From an uncultured Actinomycetes bacterium (GTDB taxonomy: Bacteria > Actinomycetota > Thermoleophilia > RBG-16-64-13): DNA of 64,000 nucleotides. Positions 20,616-34,215 of the stretch are shown piece by piece (the first letter of the stretch is position 1; every line of letters starts with the position of its first letter). The stretch is taken from the NCBI GenBank assembly GCA_963809395.1, contig CAWEJM010000018.1, forward strand, positions 128,275 through 192,274. The letters run 5' to 3'. A model generated the notes under the pieces. That model ran no database searches. It had not been told where the DNA came from and worked only from the letters and a program-made list of their open reading frames with translations. The position numbers and the translations under genes were made by a program.

Positions 20616-21005
20616 ATGCGCGATAAACGAGTTTGGCTCCTGGGAGTATGCGTGTGCCTCATTCTGGCGTCGGTGGTTCTATTCGCCGCCGCTTGCGGTG
20701 GCAGCACTACGACCACTTCCGCGGGAGCCGCGACCACCATCGATGACAAGACCACCACGACCAATGCGCCGACGACCACCATCGACGACAAGACCACCAC
20801 GACCGCGGCGGGTGCGGCCGTGGATGCAGCCGCACTCTACGCGAAAGACTGCAAGGGCTGCCACGCCGGAGGGGTTGGGGGATCGGCATCTTCGATCGAG
20901 GCCGTAATCAAGAGCGGCACCGGCAGCATGCCCAGTTTCACCAGCTCGATGTCGGCAGCGGAGATCACAGCCTTGGCGGCCTACGTGGCCGGCGGAGGCA
21001 AGTAA
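20616..21005 (+). CDS. Monoheme c-type cytochrome lipoprotein, intact.
   Basis: Signal peptide with lipobox LFAAAC, a Thr-rich linker, the haem motif CKGCH and the distal Met context GTGSMPSF. An AAAGGAGGG Shine-Dalgarno is present. Confidence 0.85.
   Translation: MRDKRVWLLGVCVCLILASVVLFAAACGGSTTTTSAGAATTIDDKTTTTNAPTTTIDDKTTTTAAGAAVDAAALYAKDCKGCHAGGVGGSASSIEAVIKSGTGSMPSFTSSMSAAEITALAAYVAGGGK
20733..20816 (+). repeat. Two tandem 42-nt units inside the cytochrome c linker.
   Basis: Unit 1 runs 20733-20774 and unit 2 runs 20775-20816. Their first 30 nt differ at one base. Both encode TTIDDKTTTT. Confidence 0.8.
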
Positions 21006-21060
21006 GAAACCGCAGCTTGAGAACGCTTGAGGAACAGCGGCTCGTACGACTGAGGCCTAA

Positions 21061-21100
21061 CCAGCCCGCCCGGGATCATCGGGCGGGCTGGTCTTTCTTA
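21061..21100. terminator. Intrinsic terminator between the convergent cytochrome c and gyrA genes.
   Basis: CCAGCCCGCCCG-ggatcat-CGGGCGGGCTGG is a perfect 12-bp stem, followed by tctttctta on the plus strand. It lies 55 nt after the cytochrome c stop and 7 nt past the gyrA stop. Confidence 0.7.
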
Positions 21101-21106
21101 CTCCAT

Positions 21107-23696
<2,590 letters not shown>

Positions 23697-23699
23697 GGC

Positions 23700-25771
<2,072 letters not shown>

Positions 25772-25931
25772 ACCCGCTCGACCTCTTTCGCTTTCCGCAC
25801 GCGCCGCCCGACCTCCCCGGCCTTCGCGCAAGCGCTCCGTGTCCGAGGCACACCCCAGACTCGCGGCGGCAGCATGCCACGCGAGTGATAAGGATGCTCC
25901 CGGAAGGCTGGAAGAAGGACCGACCTGTCAC

Positions 25932-25968
25932 TGTGGAAAGTACAACCCACGTTGGTCATATGATAGCA
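25932..25968 (-). promoter_or_regulatory. Candidate extended -10 promoter plus DnaA-box-like site in the gyrB leader.
   Basis: On the minus strand: TGcTATCAT (25960-25968), followed about 20 nt downstream by CTTTCCACA (25932-25940). Confidence 0.3.
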
Positions 25969-26012
25969 CACGGGCCCTTTTCCGGCCTACTCTCGTACGC
26001 TGTCAGCGAACA

Positions 26013-26559
26013 GAATCCTGCTGTGCGCGGACAAACGCCGCCTTCATCGCGTGCGCGATCTTGTCCCGCAGTTCGGGGCTGAGATCGAGCGCCTCCACCT
26101 CGGCGAGAGCCGCTGTCTGTTCGGCCGAGAGGGCTCCATCCTCCCCCACCTGACCCGGCGCCGCGCCCGCCTGAGAGGCGTCCCGCTGAGACCCGACCGC
26201 CTGGCCCGCCTACGGGGCGCCCGGCGGAACGTTCCTCCCAGCCGGCGTGCCGGAAGACCACCTCCTCCACCACCCGTTCGCCCATGACGCTCGTTGACGC
26301 GGGCGACAATGGCGTCGCCCATGAGCTGGAGGGTCTGTGCCCACGCGCTTGACGACGCGCTGACGACCAGTCTGCCCTGCTTCAGCTGGACGGGCCGAGC
26401 GTTCGCGGCCACCTCGTCGCCGACCACCTCGGGCCAGATCGCCGCCAACAGCTCGGCGTCCCGGTCGCCGGGACCCACTCCCGGGCGGCCCCGGGCAGGC
26501 ACGCCGCCTGCCTCGCCCAGCAGGTCGCCCAGACGATCGAAGTCCGCGGGTCCGCTCAT
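26013..26559 (-). CDS. DUF721 (DciA-like) protein, frameshifted.
   Basis: LAAIWPEVVGDEVAANARPVQLKQGRLVVSASSSAWAQTLQLMGDAIVARVNE matches the DUF721 core. The recF-DUF721-gyrB position is classical. Confidence 0.7.
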
Positions 26560-26566
26560 CCGCGCA

Positions 26567-27613
26567 TCAGTCCATCGAGAGCTCTACCACCGCCGCCTCC
26601 TGCAGCTCCTCGGGCGAGAAGTACCGCAGATCGGTGGTGGTGATGACCGTCTGCCCGCCCCGCTGGACGAGGGCCACTAAGGCCCTCCTGCGGTCCTCGT
26701 CCAACTCGCTCATCACGTCGTCCAGGAGCAGCAAGGGCTTGCTGGGGGAATCGCACATGTACTGCCACTCGGCCAGCACCAGCGCCAACAGAGCCGCCCG
26801 TTGCTCGCCCTGGGAGGCGCAGTCGCGCACGTCCAGTCCCCGCCGCAGAAGCCTCAGGTCGTCGCGGTGCGGCCCCAGATGGGTGTACGTGCGCTGCTGG
26901 TCGGCGCTCCGCATCTCGGCCAGCCGGTCTTGATAGCCCTCCTCGTCCAGGTCGGCGACGTTGGTGCGGTAGACCAATCGCAGCGAATCCACGGGGTCAT
27001 CCGTGAGGTTTGCGTGCGTGCGCTGAAAGGAGGCGATGAACGACGCCAGCGCGTCTGCCCGCCCGCGAGAAACGGCGAGCCCGGTCTGCGCGAGGATCTT
27101 CTCCCAGGGAGCGAACTGGGTGCCGTCGGCGCCACCCCGTACGGTGCGGAGCAGCGTGTTGCGCTGTGCCAGAGCCTCCTCGTACCGGCGCAGCGCGCCG
27201 AGATGAGCCGGATCGCACCGTCCCGCGAGCGCGTCCAGGTACTCCCGCCTTCTCCGGGGACTGCCCTTGATGAGACGGAGGTCATCGGGGACGAAAGACC
27301 GCACCGGCACCGCGTCGCGCCAGCGCGAAGAATCCTCAAGAAGGGCGCCGTCGGCAGTCAGGCGACGTTCGCCCCCCCGGGAGAAGGCGGCGGCGGCGAT
27401 GACTGTCGCCCCAGCCTCTTCCAAGTCGATCTCGACCCGGAGAAAGTCCTCGTCGCGGTTGATCAGGTCGCGCACCGTGCCCGGCCGAAGCAGCGACCCA
27501 TGAAGGACCAACGCGGCGGCCTCCAGGACGGTGGTCTTGCCGGCTCCGTTGGGCCCGACGAGCACCGTCAGCCCGGGCCCCAACTCGACCTCCAGCGAAC
27601 GACGAGAACGCAC
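26567..27613 (-). CDS. recF: DNA replication and repair protein RecF. Intact ORF; the N-terminus is possibly a few codons longer.
   Basis: Walker A VLVGPNGAGKTTVLEA; GPHRDDL; signature SQGEQRAALLAL; Walker B LLLLDDVMSELD. Confidence 0.93.
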   Translation of the reverse strand: MRSRRSLEVELGPGLTVLVGPNGAGKTTVLEAAALVLHGSLLRPGTVRDLINRDEDFLRVEIDLEEAGATVIAAAAFSRGGERRLTADGALLEDSSRWRDAVPVRSFVPDDLRLIKGSPRRRREYLDALAGRCDPAHLGALRRYEEALAQRNTLLRTVRGGADGTQFAPWEKILAQTGLAVSRGRADALASFIASFQRTHANLTDDPVDSLRLVYRTNVADLDEEGYQDRLAEMRSADQQRTYTHLGPHRDDLRLLRRGLDVRDCASQGEQRAALLALVLAEWQYMCDSPSKPLLLLDDVMSELDEDRRRALVALVQRGGQTVITTTDLRYFSPEELQEAAVVELSMD

Positions 27614-27628
27614 GTTCGGCTGCAGCGC

Positions 27629-27880
27629 TCAGTCTCCCGGACCGGCCACTCCCGGCACCACCTGTGCCGCCGCCCCCTGCACCTCTACGATATCCCCCGA
27701 GGCCAGCTTGTGGCCCCGCCGCCTGTCGACCTCACCGTTGACGCGCACCAAGCCCGAGACGACCAGTCGTTTCGCGTCTCCTCCGGTGGCCGCCAGCCCG
27801 GCCAACTTGACGAACTGCCCCAGCGTGATGGGTAGGTCGACCGCGATGGGCGTGGGGGCCGCCATGCTCGGTGGAGGCAT
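27629..27880 (-). CDS. S4-domain RNA-binding protein (YaaA-like), intact.
   Basis: ITLGQFVKLAGLAATGGDAKRLVVSGLVRVNGEVDRRRGHKLASGDIVEV. It sits between dnaN and recF, like Bacillus yaaA. Confidence 0.75.
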   Translation of the reverse strand: MPPPSMAAPTPIAVDLPITLGQFVKLAGLAATGGDAKRLVVSGLVRVNGEVDRRRGHKLASGDIVEVQGAAAQVVPGVAGPGD

Positions 27881-27882
27881 CC

Positions 27883-28988
27883 CTAGTCGTTCAGGCGGAT
27901 AGGCATGACCAGATAGAGAAAGTCGTCGCCCGCTCCCTTGACCAGCCCTGGACGGAGCGGGCTGATGAACCGCAGATACACGGGGGATTCCTTCACCGCG
28001 GCCACGCCGGCCTCAAGGAACTCGGGGTTGAAACCTATCGCCAGGTCGTCGCCCGAGTACTGGATGGGCATCGCCTCGTGCGCCTTGCCCACGTCCTGAG
28101 ACTCCGCGGAAACGGTGAGGTTGTTGCTCGAGAAGTGTAGGCGGAGGGGAGCATTCTTCTGGGCCAGACAGACCGACCCGGCGGATAGCTTCGAGGAGCT
28201 CGTCATGGTCGACGGCGACCTCGTAGTCGAATGTCTCGGGGATGAGTTGCCGGTAGTTGGGGAACTGGCCGTCGATAAGCCGCGACACAAGCGATATGCC
28301 GCCCACCCGAAACAGCATCTGATTCTCGGTGGGGAGGATGGTGATGGTGTCGTCGGCCACCGCTGTGGCGATGCGGGACAACTCCAGGAGAGTCCTGGCG
28401 GGCACGATGGCCTGGAATTTCTCCGCCAGCGAGGACTCGACGGGGGTCTCCTTGACGCTGAGCCGGTAGCTGTCGGTGGCCACCATGCGCACCGAGTTCT
28501 TGGCGAAGTGGATGAGAACACCTGTGAGCACGGGCCGGGTCTCGTCACGAGAGGCGGATGGGGCAACCCGATCGACCGTCTCGATAAAGGCGGGCTTGCT
28601 CACCGAGAAACCTTCTCCCGAGAAAGCTGGGATCTGAGGGAAATCGACGGCCGGGAGAGAGTGGAGGGTGAATAGCGACTCGCCGGCGCGGATCTCCACC
28701 TGAGTCTCACCTGGGCGCTGCTCCATCACCACATCTCCCGGCGGGCAGACTTCTGGCGATATCGGTGGCTATTCGCGCAGGTACCACCAAAGAACCCGCT
28801 TGCTCGACCCGTCCCACGAGAGGAGCCTTGATGGAGATCTCCATATCGGTTGCCGACAACACGATGCCTTCATCGCGAGCGTCGACAAGCACTCCCGACA
28901 GCACCTGGATGGAACTCCGCGAGGAGACCGCCTTGTTCACGATCCCTAGACACTCGACAAGCGCTGCTTTGTTGGTGATGAGTTTCAT
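27883..28988 (-). CDS. dnaN: DNA polymerase III beta sliding clamp, 2 frameshifts.
   Basis: Segments: MKLITNKAALVECLGIVNKAVSSRSSIQVLSGVLV; PSASRDETRPVLTGVLIHF...VRMVATDSYRLS; VSRLIDGQFPNYRQLIP; GFNPEFLEAGVAAV...FLYLVMPIRL. Confidence 0.96.
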
Positions 28989-29266
28989 CGATGCTCCTCA
29001 CTCGTCTGGGTGGGGATCGGGACCTATTATTACTAGATTCTTTATATAGAAATAGAGTGGGTGTAATAGAGGGTGTGCAAGATGTTAACAACCGGTGACG
29101 GATAGGTCGGGAGCAGGGGAAACGGCGTGTGGTTACGTATGGATGGGTGTGGATGACCGGGGGACGCGGACGCGTGACGAGTACGAGCGGAGCGCCTCGG
29201 TGAAGAAGAGTGACGGTAGCTGCACAGTCCGTCCCGGGGTTATTGACAGAGTCTGTGGAAAGAGTT
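28989..29266. other. oriC part 2: the dnaA-dnaN spacer with an AT-rich unwinding element and DnaA-box-like sites.
   Basis: AT-rich run: cctattattactagattctttatatagaaatagag (about 29022-29058). Boxes, given as reverse complements: TCATCCACA (29148-29156), CTTTCCACA (29254-29262), GTAACCACA (29128-29136). Confidence 0.7.
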
Positions 29267-30761
29267 TCACCGCGCGCTCTTGACCTTGGTGGTGATGCGC
29301 TGGACTCGGTTGTACATGTCACGGTCTTCCCGCATGAGTTTGGTGATCTTGTCCACCGCGTGGAGGACGGTGGTGTGATCTCTACCTCCAATACGGTCGC
29401 CGATCTTCGGAAGGCTGGCGTCGGTCAGTTCCCGGGCAAGATACATGGCCAGATGACGGCTCTCGACCACGGGCCGCGAGCGCTTGTCGCCGGTGATCTC
29501 TGTGACCGAGATACCGGTGAACTCGGCTACAGTGGATAAGATGAGGTCGATGGTGATACGGATGGAGGCAGTCTCGGGGATATCCTTGAGCACCTCTCGA
29601 GCCAGATCGACGTCGATGGGCCGCTTGGTGAACGAAGAGAACGCCACCACCCGGGTAAGACACCCCTCCAACTCCCGGATGTTCGTCGGCACCCGAGAGG
29701 CGATCAGCATAAGCACTTCGTCGTCGGCCAGATGTAACGCCGTCGCTGCGCACCTTCTTTCGCAGGATGGCGACCCGGGTCTCGAGGTCCGGAGGTTGGA
29801 TGTCGGTGATCAGGCCCCACTCGAATCGAGAGACCAAGCGGTCCTCCAGGGTGGCGAGGCCCTTCGGGTGCCTGTCGGAGGTGATGACGATCTGCTTGCC
29901 GGCGTCGTAGAGGGTGTTGAACGTGTGGAAGAACTCTTCCTGGGTCTGCTCCTTCTTCTGCAGGAACTGGATGTCGTCGATGAGGAGCACATCGATGGTC
30001 CGGTACTTGTTCTTGAAACCCTCCATGCTGTCGTCGCGGACCGAGTTGATGAAGTCGTTGGTGAACGGTCTCCAGAGTGACATAGCGGACCTTCAGCCCG
30101 GGGTGGTTGCGCAAGACATACTGGCCGATAGCCTGAAGGAGATGGGTCTTGCCGAGCCCGACGCCTCCGTAGATGAAGAGGGGGTTGTACTGGGTCCCGG
30201 GAGTCTCGGCTGCCGCGAGGGCGGCGGCGTGGGCGAAGCGGTTGGATGGTCCGATGACGAACGTGTCGAACGCGTACTTGTCGAGCAACCCGGAGGCGGC
30301 TGCCGTTGCGTTGAGAGGAGAATGACCCGAAGCCGCGCCCGCCCGGCCGGTGGCCCGCCCGCCCGCGCGGGCGTTGTTGTCCTCGTCCACCGGTGAGGAC
30401 GCATCCCGGCGGCCGGCGGGGCGCAGCGTTGGGAGACCGGTCGTCGGAGCCGGTCTCGGGTCGGGGCGGGCGCCGTCTCTTCATGATCCACCGAGCGAGA
30501 CAGTTCGGGCGAGACGACGATGTCACAGCGCACCGGCTCGCCCACCACCTGGGAGACCGCGTCGGATATGAGAGCTCGAAAGCGGGATTCGATCCAATCC
30601 TTCGCGAAGTCGGAAGCGACGCCTACCGAGTAGGTGTCGTCGACAAGACCCAGCCCCGCGGTCGGCTCGAACCAGATCCGAAAGGTGCCCTCGTTCACCT
30701 GCTGCGAGATGAGCTCGAGAGCTTCCTCCCAGATAGGATCGCCACGCTTTGTGTCCACCAT
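29267..30761 (-). CDS. dnaA: Chromosomal replication initiator DnaA, at least 3 frameshifts.
   Basis: Domain I: [28 protein letters not shown]+ domain: [22 protein letters not shown] and [27 protein letters not shown]. Domain IV: [47 protein letters not shown]. Confidence 0.97.
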
Positions 30762-30839
30762 CGCCTCTCTCCACCGTCGACGCGGCCCCAGCGCTCGCGC
30801 TCAGACCCAGCCTACGCTCGGAGCGCAGGTCCAGCCCCC

Positions 30840-31497
30840 TCAAAGCACAGCATCCAGATAAGCCAAGCCCGCATCTGTCACCGAACGGTGCCCAGTCGCC
30901 CGAGAGGTGACGAAACCGGCATCCTCCAACAAGACAAGATCTCTGTAGGCGGTCGAGGTAGACACGCCCAGCTCCTGGGCGATGCGGGTCGGACCGACCG
31001 GAGCAAGCTCGACCGTCAGGAGCAACGTCTTAAGCTGGCGCTCGAGGAGATTATAGGCCGGGACCGTCGCGGGCGCGAGCGGCGTGTCGGCTACCGGGTG
31101 GACCCGCGCAGTGACCACCGTCCCTCGACCCAGGTTGTCTTCGATCTCAAGAACTCCGCCCAAGCCGGCCAGGGTCTCCTTGATCACCGAGAAGCCGGAG
31201 CCAACTCCCCGAATGAAGCGCTTGGCGTCTGCGCCGGCGGAGGTGAAGCCGGGGCGGAGGGCGGCGTCCTTGTCGGGGATGCCCGGCCCTCTGTCGCTGA
31301 CGCGGATGGTGTTGCCTTGGTCGAGGATGGTGATGACCACCCCGGCGAACGAAGCGTGCACGAGGTTCTCCACCAGCTCCCGAACGACCGTCGGCGGCAA
31401 CCGGCCACCTTGCTCGCGCGCCAGGCGTGTACACGCGGCCGGTGAGCGCCTCGATGAGATCCGGCACGTGGTCGTCGGTCAGCGGGTAGTCGGTCAC
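30840..31497 (-). CDS. GHKL (HATPase_c)-type ATPase fused to a C-terminal winged HTH, with no histidine-kinase DHp domain. One frameshift; the start is uncertain.
   Basis: N-box RELVENLVHA; G1 box VSDRGPGIP; G2 box RGVGSGFSV; then LGRGTVVTARV. The wHTH reads VGPTRIAQELGVSTSTAYRDLVLLEDAGFVTS. It ends 78 nt upstream of the dnaA start on the same strand. The frame stays open upstream of GTG 31497. Confidence 0.65.
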
Positions 31498-31718
31498 GGG
31501 AATGACCAGAGGAGGCGCGGGCGGGTCACCGTAGACGGCAATGCGGGGTGGCTCCCCATCGTGGCCGGCCGTCTCCGCTGTCGCGGGCTCAGGCGGTGCG
31601 GCGAGGCCACCGTGGGCGCCGTCCGTCGGACGGCTGCGAGAAGGTCTGTTCCGCGGCCATGGTCAGCTGTTGATCTCCCATGCGGGGGAAGGGCGGCACG
31701 TGCCGAAAGCACCAGGCC

Positions 31719-31749
31719 ATTGTAGCGACGAGAGGGGGTATTTTCCACA
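31719..31749 (-). promoter_or_regulatory. Candidate promoter for the GHKL-wHTH/dnaA unit, with its -35 embedded in a DnaA box.
   Basis: On the minus strand: TGGAAA (31742-31747), 17 nt, TACAAT (31719-31724). The -35 lies inside the box TTTTCCACA (31741-31749). Confidence 0.45.
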
Positions 31750-32406
31750 GGCTTCTCGGGAACGGAAGTGCGGAATCTGCAGATCTTTGCCTCGAATAGC
31801 ATCGCAGTAGGCCCCCGTATCCTGACGAGAAGATGGTCATTTTGCAGGCATAAACCATTGGTTATCCACAGCGTCGTCCACAGGTGTGGAAAACGTGTAG
31901 AACAGTGGAACACGACGGCCGCATAGACCACCTTTTCTGTTGAAAATGGGGAAAGTCGATTTCTCGCACCCACGGTCGGGCGGGTCTCGGGAGTCCGCGA
32001 AGAGGTCGAACGGCCTGCCGAGGGGTGAGATGAGTACCTCGGCGGCGTCCTGCCGACGCTTCGCTCAGGTGAGTAGCCGAGAGAATCCAGGCAGAAGGGC
32101 CCGCGGATCGGGCCGATCGACGGGCGATGGGGTCTGGCGAACAGCTCAAGCGCCGGCTCCGAGGGAAGGGCCGACGTCCTGTCTCGTGCGCTGGGAGCGG
32201 TCGGATGCCGGGCTGGGTCCACAGCGGCGCCCGGTTCCTGGTGCGCCGAGGGGGACAGCGGAGCGAGGGTTTTCCACAGTATCCCCAGGTGCCTGTGTAC
32301 GCTTGCAGCGGGGACCGGACACGAGCGGAGCGCGGCAGAGGGGGGCGGCAAGAGGCTGCCCGGAGTGCGGTGGCACTGCGGACACGACCGCGAGGTATGT
32401 GGACGA
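31741..32406. other. oriC part 1: a DnaA-box cluster in a roughly 1.08-kb non-coding region between the GHKL-wHTH gene and rpmH.
   Basis: TTTTCCACA at 31741-31749 and 32270-32278. A perfect TTATCCACA at 31862-31870. TCGTCCACA at 31874-31882. TGTGGAAAA at 31885-31893. GGGTCCACA at 32215-32223. TGTGGACGA at 32398-32406. No credible ORF in the region. Confidence 0.8.
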
Positions 32407-32579
32407 GCGAGGATTGACGGGCGGAGAGCGGACTTGTATACTTCGCCACCCTTTGTGCGCGCAGGTCGCGTGGCAAGCGGCGTGTTACGGGGATGATCGG
32501 CGATGCGCCGATGGACGGTATTGACAGCGTGCCCGCGGGTGACGAGCGTCTGCGGCGCTAGAGCGATAAGCGAGGGAAC

Positions 32580-32714
32580 GTGAAGAGGACGTATCAACCG
32601 AACAAGCGAAAGCGCAAGAAGACTCACGGGTTTCGAGTCCGCATGAGCACCCGCGCCGGCAGGGCTGTGCTCAAGCGCAGGCGCGACAAGGGTCGCAAGC
32701 GTCTTTCGGCGTAG
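32580..32714 (+). CDS. rpmH: 50S ribosomal protein L34.
   Basis: GTG start after a GAGGG Shine-Dalgarno. It translates to [44 protein letters not shown]. The ORF is too short for the ORF track. Confidence 0.95.
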   Translation: MKRTYQPNKRKRKKTHGFRVRMSTRAGRAVLKRRRDKGRKRLSA

Positions 32715-32720
32715 CCCGGT

Positions 32721-33122
32721 GTGAATCGGTCTCGCGGCCGACTGTCACGATCTGAGGATTTCGCCCGCGTCTATCGCACGGGCCGGTCTGTTGCCAACAA
32801 GTATCTCGTCCTATACTATTTCGAGCGCTCGTCGCCTGGGGCGGCTAGAAGTCGCTGGTGGGCCGCGAGTCGGGTTCTCTGTCTCCAAGCGACTCGGTAC
32901 CGCGGTCGACCGGAATCGCATCAAACGTGTCTTGCGAGAGGCCTTTCGCGCAAACGGCCAGTCTCTCAGGGGGAACATGGACTTCGTTCTGATCGCCCGC
33001 GCACCGATCGTCGAACTGCTCGAAACCGGAGGTTTCAGGGCAGTGGAGGCAAAGATGGTGGAGGTCTTCCGCAAGGCCTCGCTCGTGCTCTTCCGGCGAA
33101 GAGCAGTCGGCCGTCCTCGTGA
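32721..33122 (+). CDS. rnpA: RNase P protein component, frameshifted.
   Basis: LSRSEDFARVYRTGRSVANKYLVLYY, then VGFSVSKRLGTAVDRNRIKRVLREAFR...DFVLIARAP in a second frame. The stop appears to overlap the yidD start as GTGA. Confidence 0.85.
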   Translation: MNRSRGRLSRSEDFARVYRTGRSVANKYLVLYYFERSSPGAARSRWWAASRVLCLQATRYRGRPESHQTCLARGLSRKRPVSQGEHGLRSDRPRTDRRTARNRRFQGSGGKDGGGLPQGLARALPAKSSRPSS

Positions 33123-33450
33123 ACGTTCACCGGAATCCGGCCAGAGCCTTGCTGGTCTGGGGCATCCGTGGCTACCAGAGCGTTCATCTCACCCGCTCTC
33201 CCTCGGTCGTGCAAGTACCATCCCTCTTGCTCGCAGTACGCGATCGATGCTCTGACCGAGTACGGCGTCTTGCGCGGTCTCGTGCTGGCCGTCATGGCGG
33301 CTTCTGCGCTGCAATCCCTTGAGCTACGGGGGCTATGACCCGGTGGAGCGCCAGACCCTGTTCGCTCCTCGTTCCAGGGAAGACCTGAGCGGTCCCCGAG
33401 CCCTGCCGCGGACTCGCTGGCTCCGAGACCACCGGACGGGCATGGTCTAG
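33119..33450 (+). CDS. yidD: Membrane protein insertion efficiency factor YidD, frameshifted.
   Basis: Across three frames: [11 protein letters not shown], then [26 protein letters not shown], then [16 protein letters not shown]. Confidence 0.7.
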
Positions 33451-33458
33451 GGGGCGGC

Positions 33459-34161
33459 ATGGGGAGCATCTACAGTCTCTTCTCGCCTCTCGCGGACTTC
33501 TTCTTCTCGATCCTCAAGTTCTTGCACGAGAACCTAGGGATCAGTTGGTCCTGGTCGATCGTCCTGCTGACCGTGATCGTGCGGATCGTCCTCATCCCGC
33601 TGACCTGGCGCCAGATCAAGAGCATGCGGGCGATGCAGGCGCTGCAGCCGCAGATCAAGGCTCTGCAGGAGAAGTACAAGAGCGACCGCCAGCTGCTCAA
33701 TCAGAAGACCATGGAGTTCTATCAGGAGAACAAGGTCAGCCCCTTCGGCTCCTGTCTCCCCCTGTTGCTGCAGCTGCCGGTGTTCTTCGGTCTCTACTAT
33801 CATGCTGAACAACGCGGGGAAGGTCGAACGGCGTTGGCAATGCGGCCGGTGCCTTTGTCGAACCCCGTGGTGGGTTGGCTGTGGATATCGGACATCACCA
33901 AGTTCAACATCATCTTGATGTTTCTTTACATTGCGAGCCAGTTCGTGGCTTCGTGGCAGACTGCTAGGAATAGTGCCGAGCCAGCAGAAGATGATCGCCT
34001 ACTTCATGCCGGTAATCGTTGGCATCTTCATGTTCATAGGTAAGTGGCCTGCTGGTTTGTTCATCTACTGGTTCACATCCAACTTGTGGACTATCGCTCA
34101 GCAGTTCGTCGCCGAGAAGGTGATGCCGGTCCACGTGCCGTTGTGGTCGCGGCTCCAGTGA
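33459..34161 (+). CDS. yidC: Membrane insertase YidC (short, Oxa1-like form), frameshifted.
   Basis: WSIVLLTVIVRIVLIPLTWRQIKSMRAMQALQPQIKALQEKYKSDRQLLNQKTMEFYQENKVSPFGSCLPLLLQLPVFFGLY, then MIAYFMPVIVGIFMFIGKWPAGLFIYWFTSNLWTIAQQ. Confidence 0.9.
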
Positions 34162-34215
34162 AGGAGAAGGTTCCAGCGAAGGAGAAGGCGGCCCCGGCAC
34201 GACCGGCTGGGAAGA

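Noticed and set aside
31950-32560. The possibility that the GC-rich origin-proximal non-coding stretch is RNase P RNA, 6S RNA or tmRNA.
   Set aside because: I could not find the universal RNase P P4 elements (GAGGAAAGUCC / ACAGAA) or a tRNA-like tmRNA end. It is left as an open low-interest finding, not called as an ncRNA.
31494-32627. A 377-aa minus-strand ORF, plus 31940-32524 (+), filling the rpmH-upstream region.
   Set aside because: The composition is not protein-like. The minus-strand ORF runs antisense through rpmH, and the region is better explained as the DnaA-box part of oriC.
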